NCBI RefSeq assembly: GCF_004010195.1
Contig: NC_057718.1
Coordinates: 80,843,561-80,907,560, forward strand
DNA length: 64,000 nucleotides
Direction: 5' to 3'
From: Chiloscyllium plagiosum
Taxonomy: Eukaryota
Shown: positions 39,017-50,914 of the stretch, one piece after another
Numbering within the stretch: the first letter of the stretch is position 1
Layout: every line of letters begins with the position of its first letter
Position numbers and translations under genes: made by a program
Notes under the pieces: generated by a model
Databases searched by the model: none
Told to the model about the DNA's origin: nothing
Seen by the model: only the letters and a program-made list of their open reading frames with translations

Positions 39017-39789
39017 TGGATGGTAGAGAGTTGAAACTGGCAATATTTTTAGTGGAGGCTAAATCTGCTCTGGTATTATCACAGTTCTGACATTGGCAGA
39101 GGAAATTGGATCTTTAGATATGGAGAAAGAAAGCAGTACTTCTGGTTGGGTATTTTAATTACAGATGAGTAGGAAGCTGGTTAGATATGAGGGAAGACAC
39201 ATTTATGCAGGAATTAAAAACTGGATTAAGGATGCACAGCCAGATATAGTACTTCAATGGGGTGAGCAGGCAGCATTCATGATGGTACCACTGTGTGGTA
39301 GACCCCATCAGAAATACTGAGAAGAGACACAAATGTTCAGAAAGTTCCGCTGTGAGTCTTTTAGGTGCTGACAAGAGTTTTTGGCGACAACAGTAGCCTG
39401 ATAAGTACAAACAAGCCAAAGGGCAGGACCCTCTGATCCCTCTATGCCTTGGAGTTGGTGAAGTCTTATGACCACATCGTCTTCCTGAATCACTCCTTCA
39501 ATAAACATAGGACAGGATTCTGCAGGACAGCCTAGTAGAAGCAATGAGGGATCATTGAGGAGGTTTCATAGTGACAAACCTCCATCGTCTTTCTTTGGCA
39601 TGTGATACTGTTTCATTTGGATCATAGGCAAAAATTGGACTCCCAAGACCAGGCAAGAGGCTATCATTAGGAAGATGATTGTCAACATAGATGGGAGTGT
39701 AGAGTTCAGGCTGAGGAGACAGTCAGAACATATTGCTGCACAGTAAGTACAGACATGGGCACCAATGCCATCAGGCACAAAGACTATAT

Positions 39790-42370
39790 CCAATGCAATG
39801 GAGTCTCTTTTCACCAGATGTTTAACTAATTGCTACCTTGTGTATCTGGATGATGTATTCAGCTTTGGCTCAACATTTGAAAAACCTTGAAAAACTAACT
39901 AACTTGAAAGTCAAATCAGAGAAATGCCAACTTTTCCAGAAGTCCAAAAGTTCAGTATCTCAGACACTTTATCCAAGTATTACCTTCGCAGAGCCATTAA
40001 GATAGCCAAGGACCAATACCAATCCAAACTAGAGACCCAGGCACCCAGCGACTATGGCAAGGACCGAATGACATCACAGGTTCTGACAGACGATGACATA
40101 TCCCTCCCAGATTGTCTCAATCCCTTCTATGCTCGCTTTGAGCAGAATTTCAGCAGAGGTAACACGTATTCCAACAAATCCTGACGAACCTATCCCAACA
40201 GGCACTGGTCAGAAGTCTGATCAGTTTTCCTTCGTGTGAATCCAAGGAAAGCAATGGGACCAGACGGAGTACCAGGCCGTGCAGTCAGAATATGAGCAGA
40301 TCAACTGGCAGAAGTTTTTTCGGACATCTTCAACCTCTCCCTGCAACAGGCCACTGTCCCTGCCTGTTTCAAGAGGGCCAACATCATCCCTGTGCCTAAG
40401 AAGACTCATGCAGCATGTCTCAATGACTACTGCCCAGTGACCCTAACCTCGGTGGTCATGAAGTTCTTTGAAAGGCTGGTCATGGCATTAATCAACTCCA
40501 GCCTCTCCACTACACTTGACATACTCCAATTTGCTTATCGGACCAAGAGATCCACGTCAGGTGCCATATCACTTGCCCTTCACTCCTCCCTAGAACACCT
40601 TGACACAAAGATCAGATACGTAAGAATCCTACTCATTGACTACAGTTCAGCCTTCAACACTATTTTCCCCTCGAGATTGATTACTAAACTTTGTGATCTC
40701 GGACTAAGCCCCACTCTTTGCAACTGGATCCTCAGTTTCTTGACTCACAGGCCACAATCAGTGAAGACTGAGGACAATATTTCATTCTCACTAACACACA
40801 ACACTGGAGCCCCCCGGGGTGCATACCCAGCCCCCGACTGTACTCACTGTATACCCATAACTGCGTCGCCAAATACCAGACTAATGGTATTTACAAGTTT
40901 GATGATGACACTATCATAGTCGGTTGAATCTCAGATGGCGATGAAACAGACTACAGATGGGAGGTGGAAGACTGGAAAAATGGTGCACTGAGAACAACCT
41001 AGCTCTCAATGCCAGTAAAACCAAGGAACTCATTATTGACTTTCGGTGGGATGTTACTCATGCCCCCCTACACATTAACAGCACAGAGGTCGTATGAGTG
41101 GAGACTGTCAAGCTTCTAGGAGTGGTCATCCACAACAAGCTTCCTTGGGCTCTTCATGTGGATGCACTGGTTACAAAGGCCCAACAATGTCTCTTCTTCC
41201 TTAGGCAACTGAGGAAATTTGGCATGATGACGAATATCCTTGCCAACTTTTATAGGTACACCATCAAGAGCATTCTGTCTGGATGTATCACTATATGGTA
41301 TGGCAATTGTACCATTCAAGATCGGAGACAGTTACAGAGAGTGGTGAACTCAGCCCGGACAATCACAAAGGCCAACCTCCCATCTATAGAATCCATCTAC
41401 CAGGCCCGCTGTCAAGGAAAGGCCGCCAGCATTCTCAAAGATCCATCCCACCCTGGCAATGTTTTTCTACAACCTCTACCATTGGGGAGAAGGTACAGAA
41501 GCCTGAACACATGCACCAGCTAGTTTCAAAACAGTTTCTACCCGACTGTTGTTAGGATACCGAATGGACTCACAGCTCTTAACATTCGCCTATAGCTGTG
41601 TTTTTCTTTTTGCCACTGTTTACCTATTATTTACTTATCTATGCTACTTAACTATGTGATCTGCCTGTATTGCTTGCAGGGCAAAGCTTTTCTCTGTGTC
41701 TCAGTACATGTGACAATAAATTCAATTCAATTTATCAGGAGTAATACTTTCCTTGATAACAATGAGAAAATCTGAATTGTAGAGGAATATCCCCAGCTTG
41801 AGACAGGGAGGGAAATGGATAGGTTCCTTGGTCAAGCTTGTTACTTGAGGAGGTTTGAGTAAGTTTGTATACAGCTGGCCATGCCACTCCATGATTTGTT
41901 ATGAAAGCTGAAGGACTGATTGGGAAAGGATGAATGAGGCATGATACTTCACAAGGCATCACAGGGATTTAGACCTCAGCATGTGAAGACTCCATTTGCA
42001 CCCTCAAGCAGAAGCTTGTCTCATCACCTATCCTTGACTGCCCAGATTTCCAACTTCCTTTCAGACTGAAAACTGATAGTTTCCTTGAGCTAGGAAGAGT
42101 GCTGTTTCAGTTCAAAGGCAGAAAATAATGATTATCATTTATGCTAGTCAGAATCTCAAACCAAATGAGAAGAATTACTCCAGTATGAAAGTCACACTGC
42201 TAATTTTAGAGTTAGCAATTTCCCAGAACATCAGAGATATTCTTATCGGTGAGGAATTTGAAGTACTTACTTCCATTCATCTACTTTCCAAGCTCACCAT
42301 GCTTTGAACACACAGACCACAGACAACAAGAGATGGGCAACTGGACTTTTGCTATTTGATTCCAGAGCTG
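39790..42370 (+). mobile_element. Decayed Ty3/Gypsy pol fragment (RT-RNase H), split by a Rex1 insertion
   Basis: CYLVYLDDVFSFGSTFE (YLDD at 39843-39854), LKVKSEKCQLFQ. After the Rex1: EKI..VEEYP..RFLGQACYLRRF, LKQKLVSSPILDCPDFQLPFRLKTDS, IIYASQNLKPNEKNYSSMK. Confidence 0.8.
39974..41730 (+). mobile_element. Rex1/Babar-clade LINE, 5'-truncated, frameshifted RT
   Basis: [75 protein letters not shown]; ends gacaataaattcaattcaa; tttatc duplicated at 39968-73 and 41731-36. Confidence 0.88.
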
Positions 42371-42409
42371 GACAGGTCAGACTAACACCTCCACTATCTG
42401 GACAACTAT

Positions 42410-42870
42410 CTACTTTTGAACTCTGGGGTGTAGTCCATCTGGTCCAGGTGATTTATCCACCTTCAGGTGTTTTATTTTTTCTAGTACCTTCTCCTTGATG
42501 ATGGCCACCATACTCAGCTCTACCCCTCACTCTCTTAAATGATTAGGATATTATTCATGCCTTCCACCGTGAAGATTGACGCAAAATAATTATTCAGTTT
42601 CTCAGCCATTGCCTTGTTCCCCACTACTATCACTACAAATGATGTCCCTACAGAAGACTTTGGGATTTCCATTTATGTTAGTTAGTACTCTTTTCTCATA
42701 ACGCCTTTTTGCTTCTCTTATTTACTTTTCACCTCTCTTCTGAACCATCTGTATTCAGCTTGGTTTGCATTGTATTTACGACCTGACATTCATTATAATC
42801 ACATTATTTTTCTTCTTTGACTTCAACTACTGTCATCCAGGAAGTTCTTTTTTGCTGTTCTAGCCTTTCC
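42410..42870 (-). mobile_element. Old CR1 ORF2 internal fragment
   Basis: ctctggggtgtagtccatctggtccaggtgatttatccac is the reverse of VDKSPGPDGLHPR; also gcaaaataattattcag (LNNYFAS). Confidence 0.75.
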
Positions 42871-43169
42871 TTTTGATGAAATGTACCTTGAAGGTAGCCC
42901 ATTGGTCAACTAATGTTGTTCCCACCAACCTTACTTTTGTACTATTAAGGAATAATAGGAAATTAGTAGAAAGTATAATTTCTTCACACTTTGTCTATAA
43001 ATCCTTACTTTCCCTGTGTCAGCTTTTCAGAATTGCGAGAATTGAAACAGAGCCCTTAGCAGCTGCTCAACATCTGACCAACTCACTACTTTCTTTTGAC
43101 TTGTTACTCCTCTCTTCGTTGTCTTTTGTATGGTGTCTGGTCTCTCTCTTTCTCACGATTGGGTACCGG

Positions 43170-43365
43170 TAGTTGCCTCCAGATCCTTCTCTCCTCTGCC
43201 CCGAGACGCTTCTGTCCATGACAATCTGTGGTTTGCTGAAAGGATCCACTGGCATAGAGTGTAAGGGGATAAGAGGGAAGGCCACTGACATTCATGGCCA
43301 CTGGAAAAGGTATTCTTACATTAGTTGAAGATCCAGGTCAGTCTGAAGGAAGTGGCAGAACTCCA
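43170..43365 (-). mobile_element. Decayed Harbinger (HARBI1-like) transposase, downstream segment
   Basis: Minus strand MEFCHFLQTDL...FPVAMNVS...LYASGSFQ (YASGSFQ at 43236-43256), the F/YASGSFQ motif of Harbinger transposases. Confidence 0.55.
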
Positions 43366-43366
43366 T

Positions 43367-46300
43367 GAGTCATAGAGTCATAGAGATGTACAGCATGGAA
43401 CAGAACCTTCAGTCCAACTTGACCATGCTGACCAGATATGCCAACTCAATCTAGTCCCACCTGGTAGCACCCGGCCCATATCCCTGCAAACCCTTTCTAG
43501 TCATATACCCATCCAAATGCCTTGTAAATGTTGCAATTGTACTAGCCTCCACCACTTCCCCTGGCAGCCCATTCCACATACGCACCACTCTGTGTGTGAA
43601 AACTTTGCCTCTTAGGTCTCTTTTATATCTTTCCCCTCTCACCCTAAACCAATGCCCTCTAGTTCTGGACTCCCCGACCCCAGGGAAAAGACTTTGTCTA
43701 TTTATCCTATCCATTCCCTGCATGATTTTATAAACCTCTATAAGGTCACCTTTCAGTCTCTGACGCTCCAGGGAAAACAGCCCGAGCCTATTCAACCTCT
43801 CCCTAAAGCTCAAATCCTCCAGCACTGGCAACATCCTTGTAAATCTTTTTTGAATCCTTTCAAGTTTCACATCTTTCCGAAGGAGACCAGAACTGCATGC
43901 AATATTCCAACAGTGGCCTAACCAATGTCCTGTACAGTCGCAACATGACCTCTCAACTCCTGTACTCAAAAGTTTGACCAATAAAGGAAAGCATACCAAA
44001 CGCTTTCTTCACTATCCTGTCTACCTGCGACTCCACTTTCAAGGAGCTATGAACCTGCACTCCAAGGTCTCTTTGTTCAGCAACACTCCCAAGGACCTTA
44101 CCATGAAGTGTATAAGTCCTGCTAAGATTTGCTTTCCCAAAATGCAGCACCTCACGTTTATCTAAATTAAACTCCATCTGCCACTTCTCAGCCCATTGGC
44201 CAATCCGATCAAGATCCTGTTGTAATCTGAGGTAACCATCTTCGTTGTCCACTACACCTCCACTTTTGGTGTCATCAGCAAATTAACTAATTATACCGCT
44301 TATTATCACATCTAAATCATTTATATAAATCATTTATATAAATGATGAAAAGTAGTGGACACAGCACCGATCCTTATGGCGCTCCACTGGTCACAGGCCT
44401 CCAGTCTGAAAAACACCTCCACCCCCACCCTCTGTCTTCTACCTTTGAGCCAGTGCTGTATCCAAATGGTGAGTTCTCTCTGTATTCCATGAGATCTAAC
44501 CTTGCTAACCAGTCTCCCATGGGGAACTTTGTCAAACGCCTTCCTGAAGTCCATATAGATCACATTTACCACTCTGCCCTCATCAATCCTCTTTGTTACT
44601 TCTTCAAAAACTCAATCAAGTTTGTGAGACATGATTTTCCATGCACAAAGCCATGTTGACTATCCCTAATCAGTCCTTGCCTTTCCAAATACATGTACAT
44701 CCTGTCCCTCAGGATTCCCTCCAACAACTTGCCCACCATCGACGTCAGGTTGATAGTTCCCTGGCTTGTCCTTATCACATTTCTTAAACAGTGGCACCAC
44801 GTTAGCCAACCTCCAGTCTTCCAGCACCTCAACTGTGACTATCGATGATACAAATATCTCAACAAGAGGCCCAGCAATCACTTCCCTAGGCTTCCCACAA
44901 AGTTGTAAGGTACGCCTGATCAGGTCCTGGAGATTTATCCACCCTTAACCGTTTCAAGACATCCAGCACTTCCTCTGTAATAAGGACATTTTTCAAGATG
45001 TCACCATCTATTTCCCTACATTCTGTATCTTCCATGTCCTTTTCCACAGTAAATACTGATACAAAATTCTCATTTAATATCGCCCCCACCTCCTGTGGCT
45101 CCACACAAAGGCCACCTTGCTCATCTTTGAGGGGTCCTATTCTCTCCCTAGTAACCCTTTTGTCCTTAATGTATTTATAAAATCCCTTTGGATTCTCCTT
45201 AACTCTATTTGCCAAAACTATCTGAGGTCCCCTTTTTGCCCTCCTGATTTCCCTCTTAAATAGTCCTACTGCCTTTATACTCTTCTAAAGATTTACTCGA
45301 TCTATCCTGTCTATACCTGACATATGCTTCCTTCTTTTTCTTAACCAAACCCTCAATTTCTCTAGTCATCCAGCATTCCCTATACCTACTAGCCTTTGCT
45401 TTCACCCTAACAGGTATATACTTTCTCTGGACTCTTGTTAACTCATTTCTGAAGGCTTCCCATTTTCCAGTCATCACTTTACCTGTGAACATCTGCCCCC
45501 AGTCAGCTTTTGAAAGTTCTTGCCCCAGACCATCAAAATTGGCCTTTCTCCAATTTAGAACTTCAACTTTTAGACCTGGTCCACCCTTTTCCATCACTGT
45601 TTTAAAAATAATAGAATTATGGACGTTGGCCCCAATGTGCTCCCCCACTGACAACTCAGTCACCTGCTCTGCCTTATTTCCCAAAACTAAGTCATGTTTT
45701 GCACCTTTTCTAATAGGTACATCCACATACTGAATCAGAAAATGTTCTTGTCCACATTTAACAAATTCCTCTCCATCTAAACCTTTAACACTATGGCAGT
45801 CCCAGTCTATGTTTGGAAAGTTAAAATCCCCAACCATAACCACCCTATTATTTTTACAGATAACTGAGATCTCCTTACAAATTTGTTTCTCAATTTCACG
45901 CTGACTATAATACAATCCAAATAAGGTGATCATCCCTTTCTTATTTCTCAGTTCCACCCAAATAACCTCTCTGGATGTATTTATGGGAATATCCTGTCTC
46001 AATATAGCTGTAATGCTTTCCTTTATCAAAAACACCACTCCCCTCATCTCTTTTGCCTCCATTTCTATCCTTCCTGTAGCATTTTTATTCTGGAACATTA
46101 AGCTGCCAGTCCTGTCCATCCCTGAACCACACTTCTGTAATTGCTATGATATCCCAGTCCCATATTTCTAACCATGCCCTGAGTTCATCTGCCTCCCTGT
46201 TCGGCCTCTTGCATTGAAATAAATGCAGTTTAATTTATCAGTCCTACCTTGTTCTCTCTTTTGTCCCTGCCTGCCCTAACTGTTTGACTTGCCTTTGTTC

Positions 46301-47825
46301 TCAACTGTACCAGTCTCAGATTGATCTTTTTCCTCACTATCTCCCTAGGTCCCACCCACCCCCTCTTCCCCCCCACCTTACTAGTTTAAGTCCTCCTGAG
46401 CAGCTCTAGCAAATCTCTCCACCAGTATATTCGTCCCCTTCCAATTTAGGTGCAATCTGTCCTTCTTGTACAGGTCACTTCTACACCAAAAGAGCTTCCA
46501 ATGATCCAAAAATGTGAATCTTTCTCCCATATACCAGCTCCTCAGCCATGCATTCATTTGCTCTATCCTCCTATCCCTGCCCTTAGTAGCTCGTAGCATC
46601 AGAAGTAATCCAGATATTACTATTCTCGACAAACTTTTTAAATTCCTGCCTAACTTTTGGAACCTCCCTTCAGAACCTCAACCTTTTCCCTTCCTATGTT
46701 GTTGGTTCCAATGTGTACAGTGACTTTCTGCTGGTCCCTCTCCCAATTGAAAAAATTCTGCACCCTTTCTGAGACATCCTTGATCCTGGCACCAGGGTAG
46801 CAGCACATCATTCTGATTTTTCGCTGCTGGCCACATAAACATTTGTCTGTACCTCGGACTAGAGAGTCACCTGACACAATCGATTTCTTGGAACCCGATG
46901 TACCCCTCATTGCAATAGAGCCAGTCTCAATACCAGAAACTTGGTTGTTCGTGCTACATTCCCCTAAGAATCCATCACCCCCTACATTTTCCAAACAGCA
47001 TGCTTGTTTGAAATGGGGATAGCTACAGAAGACTCCTGCACTAACTGCCTACCTACCTCTCTTACCTTTCCTGGAGTTAATCTATCTATGTTACTGTATC
47101 TGCGACTTTTCCCCCTTCCTATTACTGCCATCTAACACATCTCCTTGCTCTTGTAAATTCTTCATTGTCTCTAGCCGTCACTGCAACTGATCCATTTGCA
47201 ACCAATGGCATTTGTTGCAGATATAATCCTCAGTAACCCGTAAAGTTTCCCTAAACTCCCACATCTGACAGGCAGAGCATATCACTTTACTAAAGGCCAT
47301 TTCTGCTTCTTTCAATCTCCAGACCCAGAAAATAGCACTGTCTTGTTCCTCTACAAGAGACATATCTCAATAAAATATATAATCAAGACTGCAGACTTAC
47401 TGTAAGGCCACACTTAAAATATCCACTTATCTGTTTCTGTGCTGTGACCTCTCCCAAACAGGTTCCTCCAAGATTAGTTGTGAATTTCACTGTTTGTTAA
47501 TTTTCCCAGACGCACTCCGATGTCCAGTGATACATGAATTCAAACAGCAAAGGTAGTAACTGTGCAGGTTCACTGCTGTGTCAGTTAGCAATGTGGGTTT
47601 GTTTCTCTGTCTCTCTCCTGCACTGACCTCTCCATGTGCTTCCTTTTAAAAATGCTGTTGTTTTGACATTTTGTTTCTCCAAAGTTCCAAAACAATGCAT
47701 ATAAAACAGTAATTCCTGCGCCTGGAATTAGAGGAAATCACTTCCAACACCTAAAATACCTCATAAAAGGAGCAGCTCTTACAGCCAGAATTTTTTTCCC
47801 ATCCTCCATCATGGATTACCCGAGT
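43367..47825 (-). mobile_element. Essentially full-length CR1 (subfamily A, about 4.46 kb), both ORFs disrupted
   Basis: 5' UTR about 47310-47825; ORF1 with CSACQMW..CNKC and GDSLVRG..GTNN..DRLHLN; ORF2 endonuclease (VMVGDFNFP), RT (DFRKAFDKVPH) and C-terminus; reversed tail gagtcatagagtcatagagatg. Confidence 0.95.
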
Positions 47826-48060
47826 ACCACTTTTATTAAGTATTCAGAAATCTCTTAAGGAGGCTATGATTCATAGCCTCCTCAAGCATTTCTCCTGGCT
47901 CATTGTGATATTGAAGTAGTCCCAGAAGACCCTTTATGGTTATGACATGCTTTATTGAGCCCACCTTCTTGTCCCTCTTTGTGGAGCTTCTCCTTTCTGT
48001 CTGTTTCCCCATTTCTTGCTCATGTAGCAGAGCAAGTGGTACTGCTGTAATTGCCTCCAT
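47826..48060 (-). mobile_element. Decayed Harbinger transposase, N-terminal segment
   Basis: MEAITAVPLALLHEQE... then RVFWDYF..MSQEKCLRRL...KVV, which joins across the CR1 to MEFCH at 43365. Confidence 0.45.
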
Positions 48061-48479
48061 CAGTACAAGGCATTGGATTGGAAACGCCTCAAAATAGTTT
48101 CAGCAACTCACCAAGATGCTCCCTCATATTTTGTCTCAACATTAATAATTCAAAAAGGCAACTTTTGACTGGCCATATAAATATCCCTTGAACAGGTCTA
48201 TTTTGCTTCTTAATATTAGTTGTTCCAGGTATGCCTTATTTCAGATGCTACCACTGCATGCATTGGTCAAATTTGCTATGCTCATGTTCAGAGACATTTC
48301 CAGTTGTTTCAACAGCCAATTGAATCACTGGAATGATAACATCAGATTTAGGTGCATGCAGGGAATGTATCTGTGTGAGATTCTGCATTTTATTAATGAT
48401 GCATAGGCCATGGCCAGCAACCAAGTGCACATTGTGGGTGCATGAAGAGTGCACATAGTCTTTGTGATCTCACTTGCAG

Positions 48480-48690
48480 AAATACTACAGAACTGCATTT
48501 TATACTGGAGTCTCACCAAGACAGAAGGAGAGACTGTAAGAGGCAGGGTTAACCCAGCGGCGGTAGGAGGACACCATGGCAACATCAACTGTGGCGATAG
48601 TCTTTTACTTTGATGTGCCTGGTGTGGGTGGTGGCGAAGGTGAATGGGCCCCATGTCAAAAGACGGCATCTGAGGATTGGTGATTTTGAC
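48480..48690 (+). mobile_element. Possible decayed Myb/SANT-like partner gene of the same Harbinger
   Basis: ELHFILESHQDRRRD...PSGGRRTP...VVAKVNGPHVKRR; weak resemblance to 35395-35572; divergent from the transposase remnant. Confidence 0.3.
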
Positions 48691-48858
48691 ATTAATTGGA
48701 TCTGGCAAGGCATTGGTGGTTCTGAGCTGGCTCAGAACTTGTATGCAGATGGATTTCTCATTAAGCCAGATCTTTTAATTTTCTCTTTCTCTTAAACTCT
48801 CAAAATGGTGCCAGATTATGGCGACAAATGAAAGCTTCTCAACCTGTTTCATTCTTTC

Positions 48859-49711
48859 TGATACAGAGTGGAGGCTGACCACCCTCTGAGAGCTAAACAC
48901 TGAAACACCCAAAAGGAGTACATCACCTCCTAATCTATTACAAAATGGAGGTGGTTAAATGAAATGAAATCCTTTCACTCACTCTACAATCAACAAATAA
49001 CAATTAATTTATCTAACTCTGAGAGTGAACAAACCAATCAATTACCCTCTAACTTCTAACTATTCCCTAATGAAATAAAATCCTAATTGTATGCTGTTCC
49101 AATAAAATACAAGTCCCACTTTTATAACAAACAATAGTATTTACTCTCTCAACATTACAGGTCCTTGCCTTCTCCACTGATTCTCCACCAGGAGTACCTT
49201 TCTCCATTGAATTCTGGTGTCTGAAATGCCTCTCTCTGTAGAATTCTGATGTCAGCAATATTAGTTAAAAGTGCCGTAGTACCTTTTAGATGGTGTTTCA
49301 TCGGACAGCTTAAAGATTTCCATGAGAGACAGACATTTACTCATTACATGGCAGTTTGCTCTCATATCAATTTTCAAAACCCCTTTTCTTATATACCATT
49401 GAAAACCTATTAATTTATGTATAATCAGATTAGTTCTAGGTAGTCAAAATCATCAGATTTAAAGTTAATTGGATTTTGGGTATCTAGGGCCTGGTTTGAA
49501 TTAATTGGCTAATATTTAAGCTCGTTGCCCTAACATCAAATCAAACCTAGGTTTCCAACCACACTGCCAACTGATACATATGTTTCAATTTCAGAACTAT
49601 CTGTGCATCTACAGCTGCTTGCAGACATTTTTTGTTTAAATCTGCAAGCTTTGAAAAGCATACCACCTCTTAAAGGGACCATGCGCTCTTCCCCTATAAT
49701 TTTCATAAACA
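48859..49711 (-). mobile_element. Probable solo LTR (about 853 bp)
   Basis: TG...CA termini; 5-bp flanks ctttc (48854-58) and cattc (49712-16); minus-strand start tgtttatgaaa..ggtccctttaag; appears to interrupt a LINE-like 3' tail ending aataaat(catt)n. Confidence 0.4.
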
Positions 49712-50588
49712 CATTCTAACTTCCTGCCTTCCACTTCACAAGTACTCTCGACAACTTTACAACATATTTCACTGTAAAATACATGTGATAATAAATCATT
49801 CATTCATTCAGTTAAGATATCGTCAACTCTGAATCGTGTGCTTCTCTGGATGTCTGCTGCATACTAAAGACAAAGTCTCATAAATTACTTCTTTAATAGT
49901 CTGCTCATGTTCAGAAACTTTTCCAGCTGTTCCAATGAGGGGACAATACATGACAAGCAAAACTTGACAATTGTAAGAAAGTGCACAAATAAGTGAATTT
50001 ACCCTACTCAGTTCATAGAGTGTGGTGTCAAATTTTTTGAACATCTAATTATAGAGGAAATATTCACTTTCTTCTCATTAAAATTATGTTACACATCGGC
50101 TCTTGAGACATGGAAGTTACCTGTGACAGACAGCAACTTAACCAATGACACTTCGCAACAGGGGGACAGGTAGCAACAAAACATTATTTATACTGTAGAA
50201 GGATCCATTATTAATAGCCTTTTTAAGTCTGATGTCTTTACTTGTAATGTTAACCAGTTGTAAATTTAGTTTTAATTCACTTTTTTATGAGGAAGAAACA
50301 AATATATGTTATCTGTGATTTTCTTTGGTAGGCCTTCTATGGGGTTTAATGATCAAGAGAATTCTTTTGTGTATAAAATGAATATCAAGGTTTGCTGAAA
50401 TGAAATTCATTTTGCCATTTACAAACATAATAACAAGCGAGACATTGCATTCTCTGTGAGTATAATTAGTGTTGGTCTTACACTTTAACTAAGTAGAATC
50501 ACTTTCAGTCTGAAGGTTGAACATTTGCATATATTTTTGACAGTGATGCACTTCAAAATATGCAGACTAAGAAAGTTTTTTTCAGTCT

Positions 50589-50914
50589 GCACAGTGGTTA
50601 GCACGGTAGCACAGTGGTTAGCACTGCTGCTTCACAGCGCCAGAGACCCAGGTTCAATTCCTGCCTCAGGCGACTCTCTGTGTGGAGTTTGCACATTTTC
50701 CCCATGTCTGCATAGGTTTCCTCCAGGTGCTCCGGTTTCCTCCCACAATCCAAAAATGTGCAGGTTAGGTGAATTGGCCATGCTAAATTGCCCGTAGTGT
50801 TAGGTGAAGGGGAAAATGTTGGAGAAAGGGTCTGGGTGGGTTACGCTTCGGTGGGTCGGTGTGGACTTGTTGGGCCGAAGGGCCTGTTTCCACACTGTAA
50901 GTAATCTAATCTAA
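50589..50914 (+). mobile_element. Full-length V-SINE (HE1-like)
   Basis: A box tagcacagtgg, B box ggttcaattcc, V-domain, CR1-like tail and taatctaatctaa; short 5' head duplication. Confidence 0.9.

Noticed and set aside
44315..44340. 13-bp tandem duplication aatcatttatata x2
   Set aside because: Trivial slippage mutation inside a dead CR1.
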